Below, one piece after another: positions 35,249-43,600 of a stretch of DNA of 64,000 bases. The position numbers were made by a program, and so were the translations under genes. Numbering within the stretch: position 1 is the first letter of the stretch; each line of letters begins with the position of its first letter. The notes below the pieces were generated by a model that worked only from the letters and a program-made list of their open reading frames with translations, was not told the origin of the DNA and searched no databases. Source of the stretch: a virus (lineage: Duplodnaviria; Caudoviricetes); the IMG/VR virus record IMGVR_UViG_3300020187_001966; one strand, 5' to 3'.

Positions 35249-35818
35249 ATGAAAAACTTAGCATTTGGTGCCGCCTTCATTTTAGCTGGATGTTCGGCTA
35301 CCCCCGTTCTCGACTCTGTGGTTACAGCACAACCTTATCTTGGATTAGAAGAAAGATCACACAGAGCAGAACTAAAAGAACTGTTGGATGTAGATCCTGT
35401 ACGTACAGAATGGTGTGCGGCATTTGTTAATAGTGTATTAGAAATAGACGGTATTCCCAATCTAAACGATCAAACAAAATACCCTCCGCTTATGGCAAGA
35501 AGTTTTTTATATTGGGGCGATCGTGTAGAACCTGGAGATATACAACGTGGAGATGTTGTTGTGTTTCCAAGAGGCAACTCGGGTTGGAAAGGACACGTAG
35601 GATTCTATGTTGACACACAGACGCACAACGGCCGAGAATATTGGATTGTACTAGGTGGTAATCAAAGGAATGAAGTGAGATACGACTTCTATCTGCCTAA
35701 TAGAGCATTGGGAATACGTAGATATCCGATAAATACTACTAGTCCACGGAGGACTTTATGGGGATTCAACCCCGTAGACTTAGAACGTCAAGGAGAAAAC
35801 AAATGGGAAGACCACTAA
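35249..35818 (+). CDS. NlpC/P60-like (TIGR02594-type) peptidoglycan hydrolase, lipoprotein signal
   Basis: LAGC lipobox; WCAAFVN, ARSF, GHVGF, LGGNQ. Confidence 0.82.
   Translation: MKNLAFGAAFILAGCSATPVLDSVVTAQPYLGLEERSHRAELKELLDVDPVRTEWCAAFVNSVLEIDGIPNLNDQTKYPPLMARSFLYWGDRVEPGDIQRGDVVVFPRGNSGWKGHVGFYVDTQTHNGREYWIVLGGNQRNEVRYDFYLPNRALGIRRYPINTTSPRRTLWGFNPVDLERQGENKWEDH
35729..35795 (+). promoter_or_regulatory. Late promoter plus two-hairpin leader of the 35803 gene
   Basis: ATAAATA; AGTCC/GGACT; TATGGGG/CCCCGTA; AGGAG. Confidence 0.5.
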
Positions 35819-36258
35819 ACAAACGATATTTTGCCAAAGCTGATGTAGGACCAACAGCTGCAGGTAACGAAATTAAAGTATCCTTTCATAATGGCACAGC
35901 CGTTAAAGAAGGATTTATTGTAAAACAAAAAGGATCTAAAAGATTCGTATGCTCGGAAATCGGAGCAGCTGATACTTTACATACTTGTACACTAGCAGCT
36001 GACAAACTACCAGCGGCACTAGTAGACGGTGAAATGGCTATTTCATTCAAAATGGATGATGGTGAAACATATTCAGTAAGTAAAATTGCTGGACGTAAGG
36101 TTACATTGTCAGCACCAAGTGCTACAGGCGCAAATACTTATGACGGCGTAAGCGTAGCATGGGGCTTTGGTAACTATACAGATCAAGCAATGATTGAAGA
36201 AGCTGGTGACGATGATGCAGCAGGCGTTGATGACGACGACTTTACAGAAGACGCATAA
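35803..36258 (+). CDS. Putative virion structural protein
   Basis: Starts MGRPLNKRYF after AGGAG SD. Confidence 0.7.
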   Translation: MGRPLNKRYFAKADVGPTAAGNEIKVSFHNGTAVKEGFIVKQKGSKRFVCSEIGAADTLHTCTLAADKLPAALVDGEMAISFKMDDGETYSVSKIAGRKVTLSAPSATGANTYDGVSVAWGFGNYTDQAMIEEAGDDDAAGVDDDDFTEDA

Positions 36259-36269
36259 TTAAACTAACT

Positions 36270-36314
36270 AACGCCCTTGGATAAATACTTTATAATAGTA
36301 ATACTGAGGGCGTT
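36270..36314 (+). promoter_or_regulatory. Late promoter inside an RBS-covering stem
   Basis: AACGCCCT/AGGGCGTT with ATAAATA 36281-36287 in the loop. Confidence 0.65.
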
Positions 36315-36317
36315 TTT

Positions 36318-36695
36318 ATGAAAATAAATGAAGTTACACAAATAGTCGAAAAGACTGAAATTACTCTAGAAGATACACAAGACTTCCACGAAGAGTTTGG
36401 ATATCTGGCATACAGTATAGACGAAGGCGATCTATTTGAAGCAGAGTACCAAGGACGTAAAGTTAAACTAAACAAGCCAATGCGTGGTGATGTTAAGAAG
36501 TTTAAAGTATATGTAAAAGATGGCGACAAAGTAAAAAAAGTAAACTTTGGTCACGGCGGCACAAGTGCTAAACGTCCAACAATGCGTATACGCAAAAGCA
36601 ATCCAAAAGCACGTAAGAGTTTTAGAGCAAGACATAATTGCGATAATCCAGGACCAAAGACCAAGGCAAGATATTGGAGTTGCAGGGCCTGGTGA
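36318..36695 (+). CDS. Basic putative internal head protein
   Basis: MKINEV N-terminus; FE-AEYQGRKVKLNKP...RKSFRARHNC...YWSCRAW. Confidence 0.7.
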   Translation: MKINEVTQIVEKTEITLEDTQDFHEEFGYLAYSIDEGDLFEAEYQGRKVKLNKPMRGDVKKFKVYVKDGDKVKKVNFGHGGTSAKRPTMRIRKSNPKARKSFRARHNCDNPGPKTKARYWSCRAW

Positions 36696-37315
36696 TGCAT
36701 TATACTATCTATAAAATAACTAACCAGATAAATGGAAAATATTACATTGGTAGGCACGCTACTAAAGATGTAAATGACTCCTATATGGGTAGTGGTATAG
36801 GCATTAAAAATGCTATTGCAAAGTACGGTGTTGAAAACTTTACTAAAGAAATTATTGCAACAGCAGACAATACAGATGCACTATGGGACTTAGAATTAAA
36901 AATCGTCAACGAAGATGTAGTGAAAGATACTATGTCTTACAATATGTCGTACGGTGGAAAGCATTACTTACATGGATTAAAACAATACGATTACGATGCA
37001 TTTATAGAGCATCAGCGCAAAGCAGGACAGCAATATGCTAAAAACTTTACAGGAAATTCTAAAGAATGGCATGCCAAGGGCGGTTCTAAAAGTTCTCGTA
37101 TGCGTAGCGAACAATACACGTATCGCATTACTACAAACGAAGGCGTAGAATATATTGTAAACGGTTTAGAATTTAAAGAACTATGTGCAGAGAAAGACTG
37201 GAACTATAATACCTTACACTGGAAGAAAAGCATGGGTAAATATATTAGTAGAGGCAAGCACAAAGGCTTCTTAGTAGAACAACTTAGTACGTATAAGCAG
37301 GAAGTGGTAACATGA
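36695..37315 (+). mobile_element. Free-standing GIY-YIG (Seg-like) homing endonuclease
   Basis: TIYKITNQINGKYYIGRH, YMGSG, F.KEII, YNM. Confidence 0.85.
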
Positions 37316-38457
37316 AAGCAACTGATTTAAACCTGAGTGAAATGCCAGCAATGACTTTACATGGTCCAGATGGGTTCGGACTTACACAATATAGTGGTGA
37401 TGAATATGCCCTAGTAGGCGGCTTTAGAGACGGAGCAAGTAACGCTGGTGAGTTGAGACTAAAGTATCAAATATATAGTCACGCTCTTATTGATGCTAAT
37501 GGCGGTGATTTTGCTAAAGGTGAAATTGGTTATTGTGTTGTAAGAGTAGCAAGTGATGATGGACCAGACCAAGGTGAAATTTTAGGTTTGATTGATATTG
37601 AACTAAAACCAAAGTATAGAAAAAGCGGACACGGCAAAAAGATTGTACGTGATATTGTTGATACAACAAAGTCAGGCAATTTAGATATACACGACATTCA
37701 AAAGAAAGCCAAGAAGTTCTGGGACAAGATGGGTGTTGAGTATGATGCGAAAAAGCCGGGCGCTAAGAATGCAGTACTTAGAAAACAATCTGAAAGTGTA
37801 CTAGACGAAGATATAGCTAGTGTTGCTGAAGTTACGGCTATGGCGGCAGTAGCAGGACTAGCCGCACCAGTAATGATGGCTATGCTTAAAGCGGCATACA
37901 AAACTGGAAAAGGTATTAACGCTATTAGAAAAATCGCAAATCGTGCAGGTGTTAAACTTGCTGATCGTGTAATGGGCGAAGAGCTAGAAGACTTTAATAA
38001 AGACGAACCAAACAAAAGTACAGTAGCAGTGCCTGGATATGGTACTATGAATGTTGATAGTTTGATGAAGAACATTGTTGACCAAACTACACAAATGGTA
38101 AAGCAAATGCAAGCTGGTACACAAGGATTTCGCAATGCTGATTATGCTTTAAATAGTAATAAAGTATTAGCAACCAAAGTAGCAGCATTAGTAAAAGCAC
38201 TAGATGACTTACAAGCAATACGTGCCAAAGGTGGTGCTAACAGTAAAAATATTCAACAAGAAGCAGAAGAAGAACAACAAGCTCTTCCAATTGACGTAAA
38301 CAAAATTATGGGTAATATACAAGAGTTTGAAAGTAAGAAATACATTAATCCAGAAGATGCTGATCTAATGAGACGTGGTGTACAAAGTTTAGCAACACCA
38401 AGACAAACAGTAAACCCTAATGCTATATTACAATTACTAACAATGGTAACAAGATGA
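37312..38457 (+). CDS. Modular putative internal protein with GNAT-like module
   Basis: IELKPKYRKSGHG acetyl-CoA loop, A..FWDKMG; modules separated by xxE sites. Confidence 0.55.
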   Translation: MKATDLNLSEMPAMTLHGPDGFGLTQYSGDEYALVGGFRDGASNAGELRLKYQIYSHALIDANGGDFAKGEIGYCVVRVASDDGPDQGEILGLIDIELKPKYRKSGHGKKIVRDIVDTTKSGNLDIHDIQKKAKKFWDKMGVEYDAKKPGAKNAVLRKQSESVLDEDIASVAEVTAMAAVAGLAAPVMMAMLKAAYKTGKGINAIRKIANRAGVKLADRVMGEELEDFNKDEPNKSTVAVPGYGTMNVDSLMKNIVDQTTQMVKQMQAGTQGFRNADYALNSNKVLATKVAALVKALDDLQAIRAKGGANSKNIQQEAEEEQQALPIDVNKIMGNIQEFESKKYINPEDADLMRRGVQSLATPRQTVNPNAILQLLTMVTR

Positions 38458-38654
38458 AAATCTCTCAGATTATATCAGAAGCAGGTGTTGGTAAGATAAC
38501 CAAATATAACACTACAGTAGATGTTAAGCCTGGCGAAACAGAACGTCAAGCAGCTAAGTTTTTCCCAATGAACAAAGGCGGAAAACCAAAGCCTCTTGGT
38601 GTTCCTGGTGCTACTCCTAATCAAGCATTTAATTTAGGACTAACTAAAACATGA
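38454..38654 (+). CDS. Small putative internal protein
   Basis: MKISQIISE-AGVGKIT. Confidence 0.6.
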   Translation: MKISQIISEAGVGKITKYNTTVDVKPGETERQAAKFFPMNKGGKPKPLGVPGATPNQAFNLGLTKT

Positions 38655-40591
38655 AGATCGATCAAATCACAGAAAACATGAGTCATACTAGTAAACGACT
38701 ACATGACATTGAAAAGGAAAAGGGTGTAAAGCCTGGTACTCCTGAGTGGTTTAAACTGTGGTTTAGTTTACCTTACCTTAAAGAAAGCACAGTTGTAGAA
38801 GGTTACAAACTACAATTAGAACGTGATACTGATATGATGGTATTAAATATTGTTGACACTGCTACAGGCAAGCGTACAGAAGTTCGTGGCAAGGCAGGCT
38901 ATGAGACTAACGGTTATGATAAAAATGACAAACTACATCAGTTACTAGATAAAATTAGTAAAACTGCTAATATCAGTGAACTAATGAACGGTGAACCTGT
39001 TGGTATCAACCCTAAACACCCAGACGGTGCTAGTGCAAAGAAAGCAACGACTAAAGCATTCAATGAAGCAAAAGATGGTCTACCAGTTAAAACACTCAAA
39101 GGATTATACCATGTCGGCACGATGGATTCATCTGAGAAGCGTGATGGCTTCGAGGGTGCAGGATTAAGCGTAAGTACACATCCTGATGCTTGGAAGCAGA
39201 TTGCTAGAGGTCACGTAACAGGTGATACTCACAGTGCTACAAAAGAAGGCAATAAATTCTTAGATGTACATAGTCTTTCAGACGCACACAATAAACAAAT
39301 CAAACAATGGGCAATCGAAAATGGCTACTTAGAACAGCAAGAAACTGTTACAGTATGTTACTATGATGATGAAATGGAAGATGATCTTTGTTCAACTTTC
39401 GACTCAATGGCAGATGCCGAAGCAGAGTATGATGAAGAACTAAAGCATATGGATGTAACAGTAGACAAGGGCGGCATTGTTCCTACTGATAAGCTGAAAA
39501 AAGAAACAAGACAAAATCGTATAGATTCAACAGGTGTGCTAGAGTTTGTACTACCAATATTTGCAGAACAACAAGGACTCGACGGTGTTTGGTGGCAAGA
39601 TAACCTAGATGTCCAGCGATATTCGGCACCACGTGGTGTTATTGTTCCTAGCAAGATTAAGTCTTGGAAGTTCACAGTTAACGAATCAATTACAGAAGCA
39701 TTTGATAATCCTTATTCATATTATTGGGATGATACATATAACGGCGATGACTCTTTTCTAGCTAAAGCTGAAATGGATATGGGCGAACTAATGGTTATGT
39801 TTTCAGTAGGCGAGCCAGGTGAAAGTTGGACTATTGACTTTGCGGTAGACGGATCAATGGACAAAACAGGTGACGGAGATCAGTTTAGAATCTTTGCTAC
39901 AGTAGTTGCAGTTATAAAAGACTGGATGGCTAATAAGGTAGATTTATCTAAAGTAACACAAATTGATTTTAGTTCTGACAAGGACGGCGAGGCAGAAGAT
40001 AGTAGAGCTAAACTATACAAACGTTTTGGTCAACAACTAGCAAGTAAACTTGGATGGAATTTAGAAGTCACAGATAGAGGACAATTTGCTTCCTTTAAGA
40101 TTAAGAATCCAAATGCTCCTGTGAAAGAAGCAGTTAATGAAGCAATAGAAATGAAAATTAGCGACTTGACTATCAGTGATGCTGGTATGGCAATCGCACA
40201 ATCAGTAGGTGGTGGAAGTAGAACAGATGCTCCGTTGGCAGTTACAAAACTTCCATCAGGCCATGTATATCTGGTAAATGGGTATCATAGATTAGTAGAT
40301 GCTATGCAGGCTGGCAAAGATACTGTATCGGTAGAATATGTTCCATATGAAAAAGTAGAAATACTTTGGAAACAAGAACGTGAACAAGATATCAAATACG
40401 GTAAACAGTTTAACGAAAACTTCGCAGACGGTAAAGTAAAAGGCAAAAGCAGACCAGGCAGAGTAAAGAAGTCAGGTGCTAGTTGTAATGGTAGCGTAAC
40501 AGAATTACGAGCAAAAGCAAAAAAAGCCAGCGGTGAGAAAGCAAAGATGTATCACTGGTGTGCCAACATGAAAGCTGGTAAGAAGAAATGA
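38651..40591 (+). CDS. Modular polyprotein-like internal protein (ART-like, GNAT-like, ParB-like, basic tail modules)
   Basis: YHVGT..GLSVS; TGDGDQFRIFATV..SRAKLY; LVNGYHRL; ENFADGK..HWCANMK. Confidence 0.55.
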   Translation: MKIDQITENMSHTSKRLHDIEKEKGVKPGTPEWFKLWFSLPYLKESTVVEGYKLQLERDTDMMVLNIVDTATGKRTEVRGKAGYETNGYDKNDKLHQLLDKISKTANISELMNGEPVGINPKHPDGASAKKATTKAFNEAKDGLPVKTLKGLYHVGTMDSSEKRDGFEGAGLSVSTHPDAWKQIARGHVTGDTHSATKEGNKFLDVHSLSDAHNKQIKQWAIENGYLEQQETVTVCYYDDEMEDDLCSTFDSMADAEAEYDEELKHMDVTVDKGGIVPTDKLKKETRQNRIDSTGVLEFVLPIFAEQQGLDGVWWQDNLDVQRYSAPRGVIVPSKIKSWKFTVNESITEAFDNPYSYYWDDTYNGDDSFLAKAEMDMGELMVMFSVGEPGESWTIDFAVDGSMDKTGDGDQFRIFATVVAVIKDWMANKVDLSKVTQIDFSSDKDGEAEDSRAKLYKRFGQQLASKLGWNLEVTDRGQFASFKIKNPNAPVKEAVNEAIEMKISDLTISDAGMAIAQSVGGGSRTDAPLAVTKLPSGHVYLVNGYHRLVDAMQAGKDTVSVEYVPYEKVEILWKQEREQDIKYGKQFNENFADGKVKGKSRPGRVKKSGASCNGSVTELRAKAKKASGEKAKMYHWCANMKAGKKK

Positions 40592-40806
40592 AGATGTTTT
40601 TTAAAAAGTGGTGGCGCAGTATGTTTCCACAATATATACTTGAAGTAAAACATCGTGGCGTTGAGCGCCGCATACATGTAGTAAAATTTCATAAGAAGAA
40701 TATGAAACGATTGGCAGGTATAAATGTTCATGGTGAGACCTTTGAACTAATGAGTAAAGAACCAATGGATTACTATGTAGTAGAATACAGGGATGATTTA
40801 AGATGA
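40588..40806 (+). CDS. Hypothetical protein
   Basis: Coupled ATGA overlaps. Confidence 0.6.
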   Translation: MKMFFKKWWRSMFPQYILEVKHRGVERRIHVVKFHKKNMKRLAGINVHGETFELMSKEPMDYYVVEYRDDLR

Positions 40807-41441
40807 AATTATCAGAATTATTAAACATCAACTTCCCTCAATTGGAGGAAGTGATGAGTACAGAAGATTTAGAGGACAAAGTCCAAAAACAAAAACAAGA
40901 CGCATTCAATAAAGCTATGCTTGACGCAATGCATCGTCTTGTAATGAGTAAAGACAAAAGAAGTAGTATTGGCAGCTATGCTTTTGATATATCACGTAGT
41001 TTTGGAGGAGTAAGTCCCAAAGAAGTTGAACGTATGTACCGTGACAAATATATGACTGAGGGAGAACAACTCCCTACAATAATAACGCAAACAATGTTGG
41101 ATACACTAGAAAAACATCTAGATAAAATGTTTTCATCAGTTGGCATTGATGTAGAGTTTACACGACACTTTTTAGACCGTGTAAATGATAACAGAAATAA
41201 AACGCAAATTACTCTAAAAGAGCTTGCTATTTTGTTTAAAGACGCTTATAATAAGTATGGTAAGCAAATAGCACAAATGGGTCCAGATGCGGAAGCTGTC
41301 ATTAAAGATATGCGCAGTGATGTTAATCTACCTTTTGTACTAAATTGGGATAGTAGTAATCAAGAGCTAGACTTAGTAGCAAAAACAGTTATGCGTAAAA
41401 AAGACTTCTTTACTCCTGATACAGAGCTTCCGTTAACATAA
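40803..41441 (+). CDS. Two-module putative internal protein
   Basis: MKLSELL; second module FTRHFLDRVNDNRN. Confidence 0.6.
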   Translation: MKLSELLNINFPQLEEVMSTEDLEDKVQKQKQDAFNKAMLDAMHRLVMSKDKRSSIGSYAFDISRSFGGVSPKEVERMYRDKYMTEGEQLPTIITQTMLDTLEKHLDKMFSSVGIDVEFTRHFLDRVNDNRNKTQITLKELAILFKDAYNKYGKQIAQMGPDAEAVIKDMRSDVNLPFVLNWDSSNQELDLVAKTVMRKKDFFTPDTELPLT

Positions 41442-41504
41442 CATGTTATTAACAAATAACAGTTTACGATAAATAACTATATATAGAAAATCCGGAGTGT
41501 CTCA

Positions 41505-41981
41505 ATGAGATTAGAAAAAATACAAACAGCACAACAGGCGCAAGCTAAACCATCAGTGGCAAAAGTAGCTGAAGGTTACGCAGTGCGTGATGTTAATAAC
41601 AAAGAAGTAAAAGTTTTTGAAGACATTGATGTAGCAAAAAGCTATTTGAAGCGTCATATTACAGAACTTAAAGAAGGCCGTGAGCCAGTTGTATACATGA
41701 GTGAAATCATGGAAGGTGTCCTAGATGACACTGACGACGATGGTTGGATGGCAAAAAGTGAACTATACAAACTTTCAAAGTATGCTATTCAGTTACACGG
41801 TATGATCCAAGATAACGAAAATTTAGAACCTTGGGTACAAAGCAAAATCACAAAAGCAGCTGATTATATTAGTTCAGTAAAACATTATATGGAATACGTT
41901 CAAATGACTGACGGACAACCTGAAGTAGTAGACGACATGCCAATGGAAATACCAAACGAATTGCCACCTGAAGGAATGTAA
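41505..41981 (+). CDS. Putative internal protein
   Basis: TAAATA upstream; DDGWMAKSEL..LEPWVQSKITKAADY. Confidence 0.65.
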   Translation: MRLEKIQTAQQAQAKPSVAKVAEGYAVRDVNNKEVKVFEDIDVAKSYLKRHITELKEGREPVVYMSEIMEGVLDDTDDDGWMAKSELYKLSKYAIQLHGMIQDNENLEPWVQSKITKAADYISSVKHYMEYVQMTDGQPEVVDDMPMEIPNELPPEGM

Positions 41982-41983
41982 TA

Positions 41984-43597
41984 ATGAAGTTTACTGATTT
42001 TACTGAAAAAGTTATTGAATCTATTGTTAACGAAGAAGCAGCTATTAAACTTGATTTTGATCAAGTGAGGATAAGAATACCTGCTAACGATAATACTAGA
42101 CCAACTACTGGAGAAGTTATTGATTTAGATTCTCGTCGAGCTGCAGCAAAAGATGCTCTTAGTAAAATGTCAGAAGCAGACAGAAAATCTGCAAACGAAT
42201 TTATTAAAAAGAACAAAACTCTACTACAAAGACTATCGTCTGTAGGAGCCAGATCAGCAGCAAGACATGGTGTAGCAACAATTTCAAGTGTAGCATCAGG
42301 CCCACTTGCGCCAGCAGTAGCAGCAGTATTAAATGTAGCAATGCTAGGTTGGGATTTAGCTGATGCCGGCGTTGAAATATGGGACTGGGCAAAATCAAAC
42401 AATGCTAAAGATATTAAACAAGGTAATGCTGGTCGAGCCTATGGCAATGATTTAGCAATGGTAGTTCCAAGATCACCTAGACAGAATTCAAGAGACGATG
42501 ATGCGTATGAAATAAAACATTTAACTCAACAATCACAATTTGGTGCTGCTGGTATGAGAGATCAAGCTGCTCGATTACTATCACAACGTCAAGCTGAATA
42601 CCGCAGAGATCAACAAGAATGGGACAAAGAGTTTGGAAAAACACACTTAGATAACGGCACAGCAAATCCAGATGCAGGTTATCAAGATAAAATAATGAGA
42701 ATTGCGCAAGCAGGTAGAGATGCTCAAAATAAAGCAAGTGATAACGAGCTTATTAAAAAAGCACAACAAAAACCTCAAGATATTCCTCCTGTTGTTAATT
42801 TTACAAATATTCCACCATTGATCACACCATCGTTTACCCCAGGCACAATTAACAACCCAACTGGAGAATTCACTCCCCCTGAATTTGACCCTAATGCTCC
42901 TGAGTTCCCTGAGTTACCTAAAAGGGGTAAACCATTTAAAGCACCAGAAACACCTATAGAGCCAGCTCCAAAAGGCCCTAAAGTTATAACTAAATCACCA
43001 ACCCAACCAAAAAGAACCGACAAGGATCTGGAAAATCCAATAGTACCTGGAGAATTCACTCCCCCTGAATTTGACCCTAATGCTCCTGAGTTCCCTGATT
43101 TACCTAAAAGGGATGATCCGTTTAAAGCACCAAAGCCACCTGTAGAGCCAACTCCAAAAGGCCCTAAAGTTGTAACTACCCCACCTAAACAACCAAAAAG
43201 AACCGACAAGGATCTGGAAAATCCAATAGTACCTGGAGAATTCACTCCCCCTGCATTTGACCCTAATGCTCCTGAGTTCCCTGAGTTACCTAAAAGGGGT
43301 AAACCATTTACAGAACCAGAGTTGCCAAAAGAATTACCAAAAGAATTACCAAAAGAATTACCAAAAAAGTACACCCCTCCTGCTATAACCCCTAATCCAC
43401 ATGCCGGGATAGTTATTGGGAAAAAAGGTAAAACTGATACTAAGACAAAAACCAAGGAAAAACCTAAAGGCAAGACGACAAGTAGACGTGTTGGTGGTGA
43501 TGCTGGCAGTGGTGATCGCATTAAGTCAACGGCTAATCAAATGAAGTTCAGCCCTATAAATATTAGAGACCCACTAAACTTAAAGAGATATGGATAA
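41984..43597 (+). CDS. Pro-rich repetitive putative virion protein
   Basis: MKFTDFTE N-terminus; 62-aa tandem repeats. Confidence 0.65.
   Translation: MKFTDFTEKVIESIVNEEAAIKLDFDQVRIRIPANDNTRPTTGEVIDLDSRRAAAKDALSKMSEADRKSANEFIKKNKTLLQRLSSVGARSAARHGVATISSVASGPLAPAVAAVLNVAMLGWDLADAGVEIWDWAKSNNAKDIKQGNAGRAYGNDLAMVVPRSPRQNSRDDDAYEIKHLTQQSQFGAAGMRDQAARLLSQRQAEYRRDQQEWDKEFGKTHLDNGTANPDAGYQDKIMRIAQAGRDAQNKASDNELIKKAQQKPQDIPPVVNFTNIPPLITPSFTPGTINNPTGEFTPPEFDPNAPEFPELPKRGKPFKAPETPIEPAPKGPKVITKSPTQPKRTDKDLENPIVPGEFTPPEFDPNAPEFPDLPKRDDPFKAPKPPVEPTPKGPKVVTTPPKQPKRTDKDLENPIVPGEFTPPAFDPNAPEFPELPKRGKPFTEPELPKELPKELPKELPKKYTPPAITPNPHAGIVIGKKGKTDTKTKTKEKPKGKTTSRRVGGDAGSGDRIKSTANQMKFSPINIRDPLNLKRYG
42861..43366 (+). 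repeat. 186-bp tandem repeat (~2.5 copies) followed by 12-bp ELPK repeats
   Basis: CTGGAGAATTCACTCCCCCT at 42861, 43047, 43233; GAATTACCAAAA units around 43319-43366. Confidence 0.9.
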
Positions 43598-43600
43598 GAA

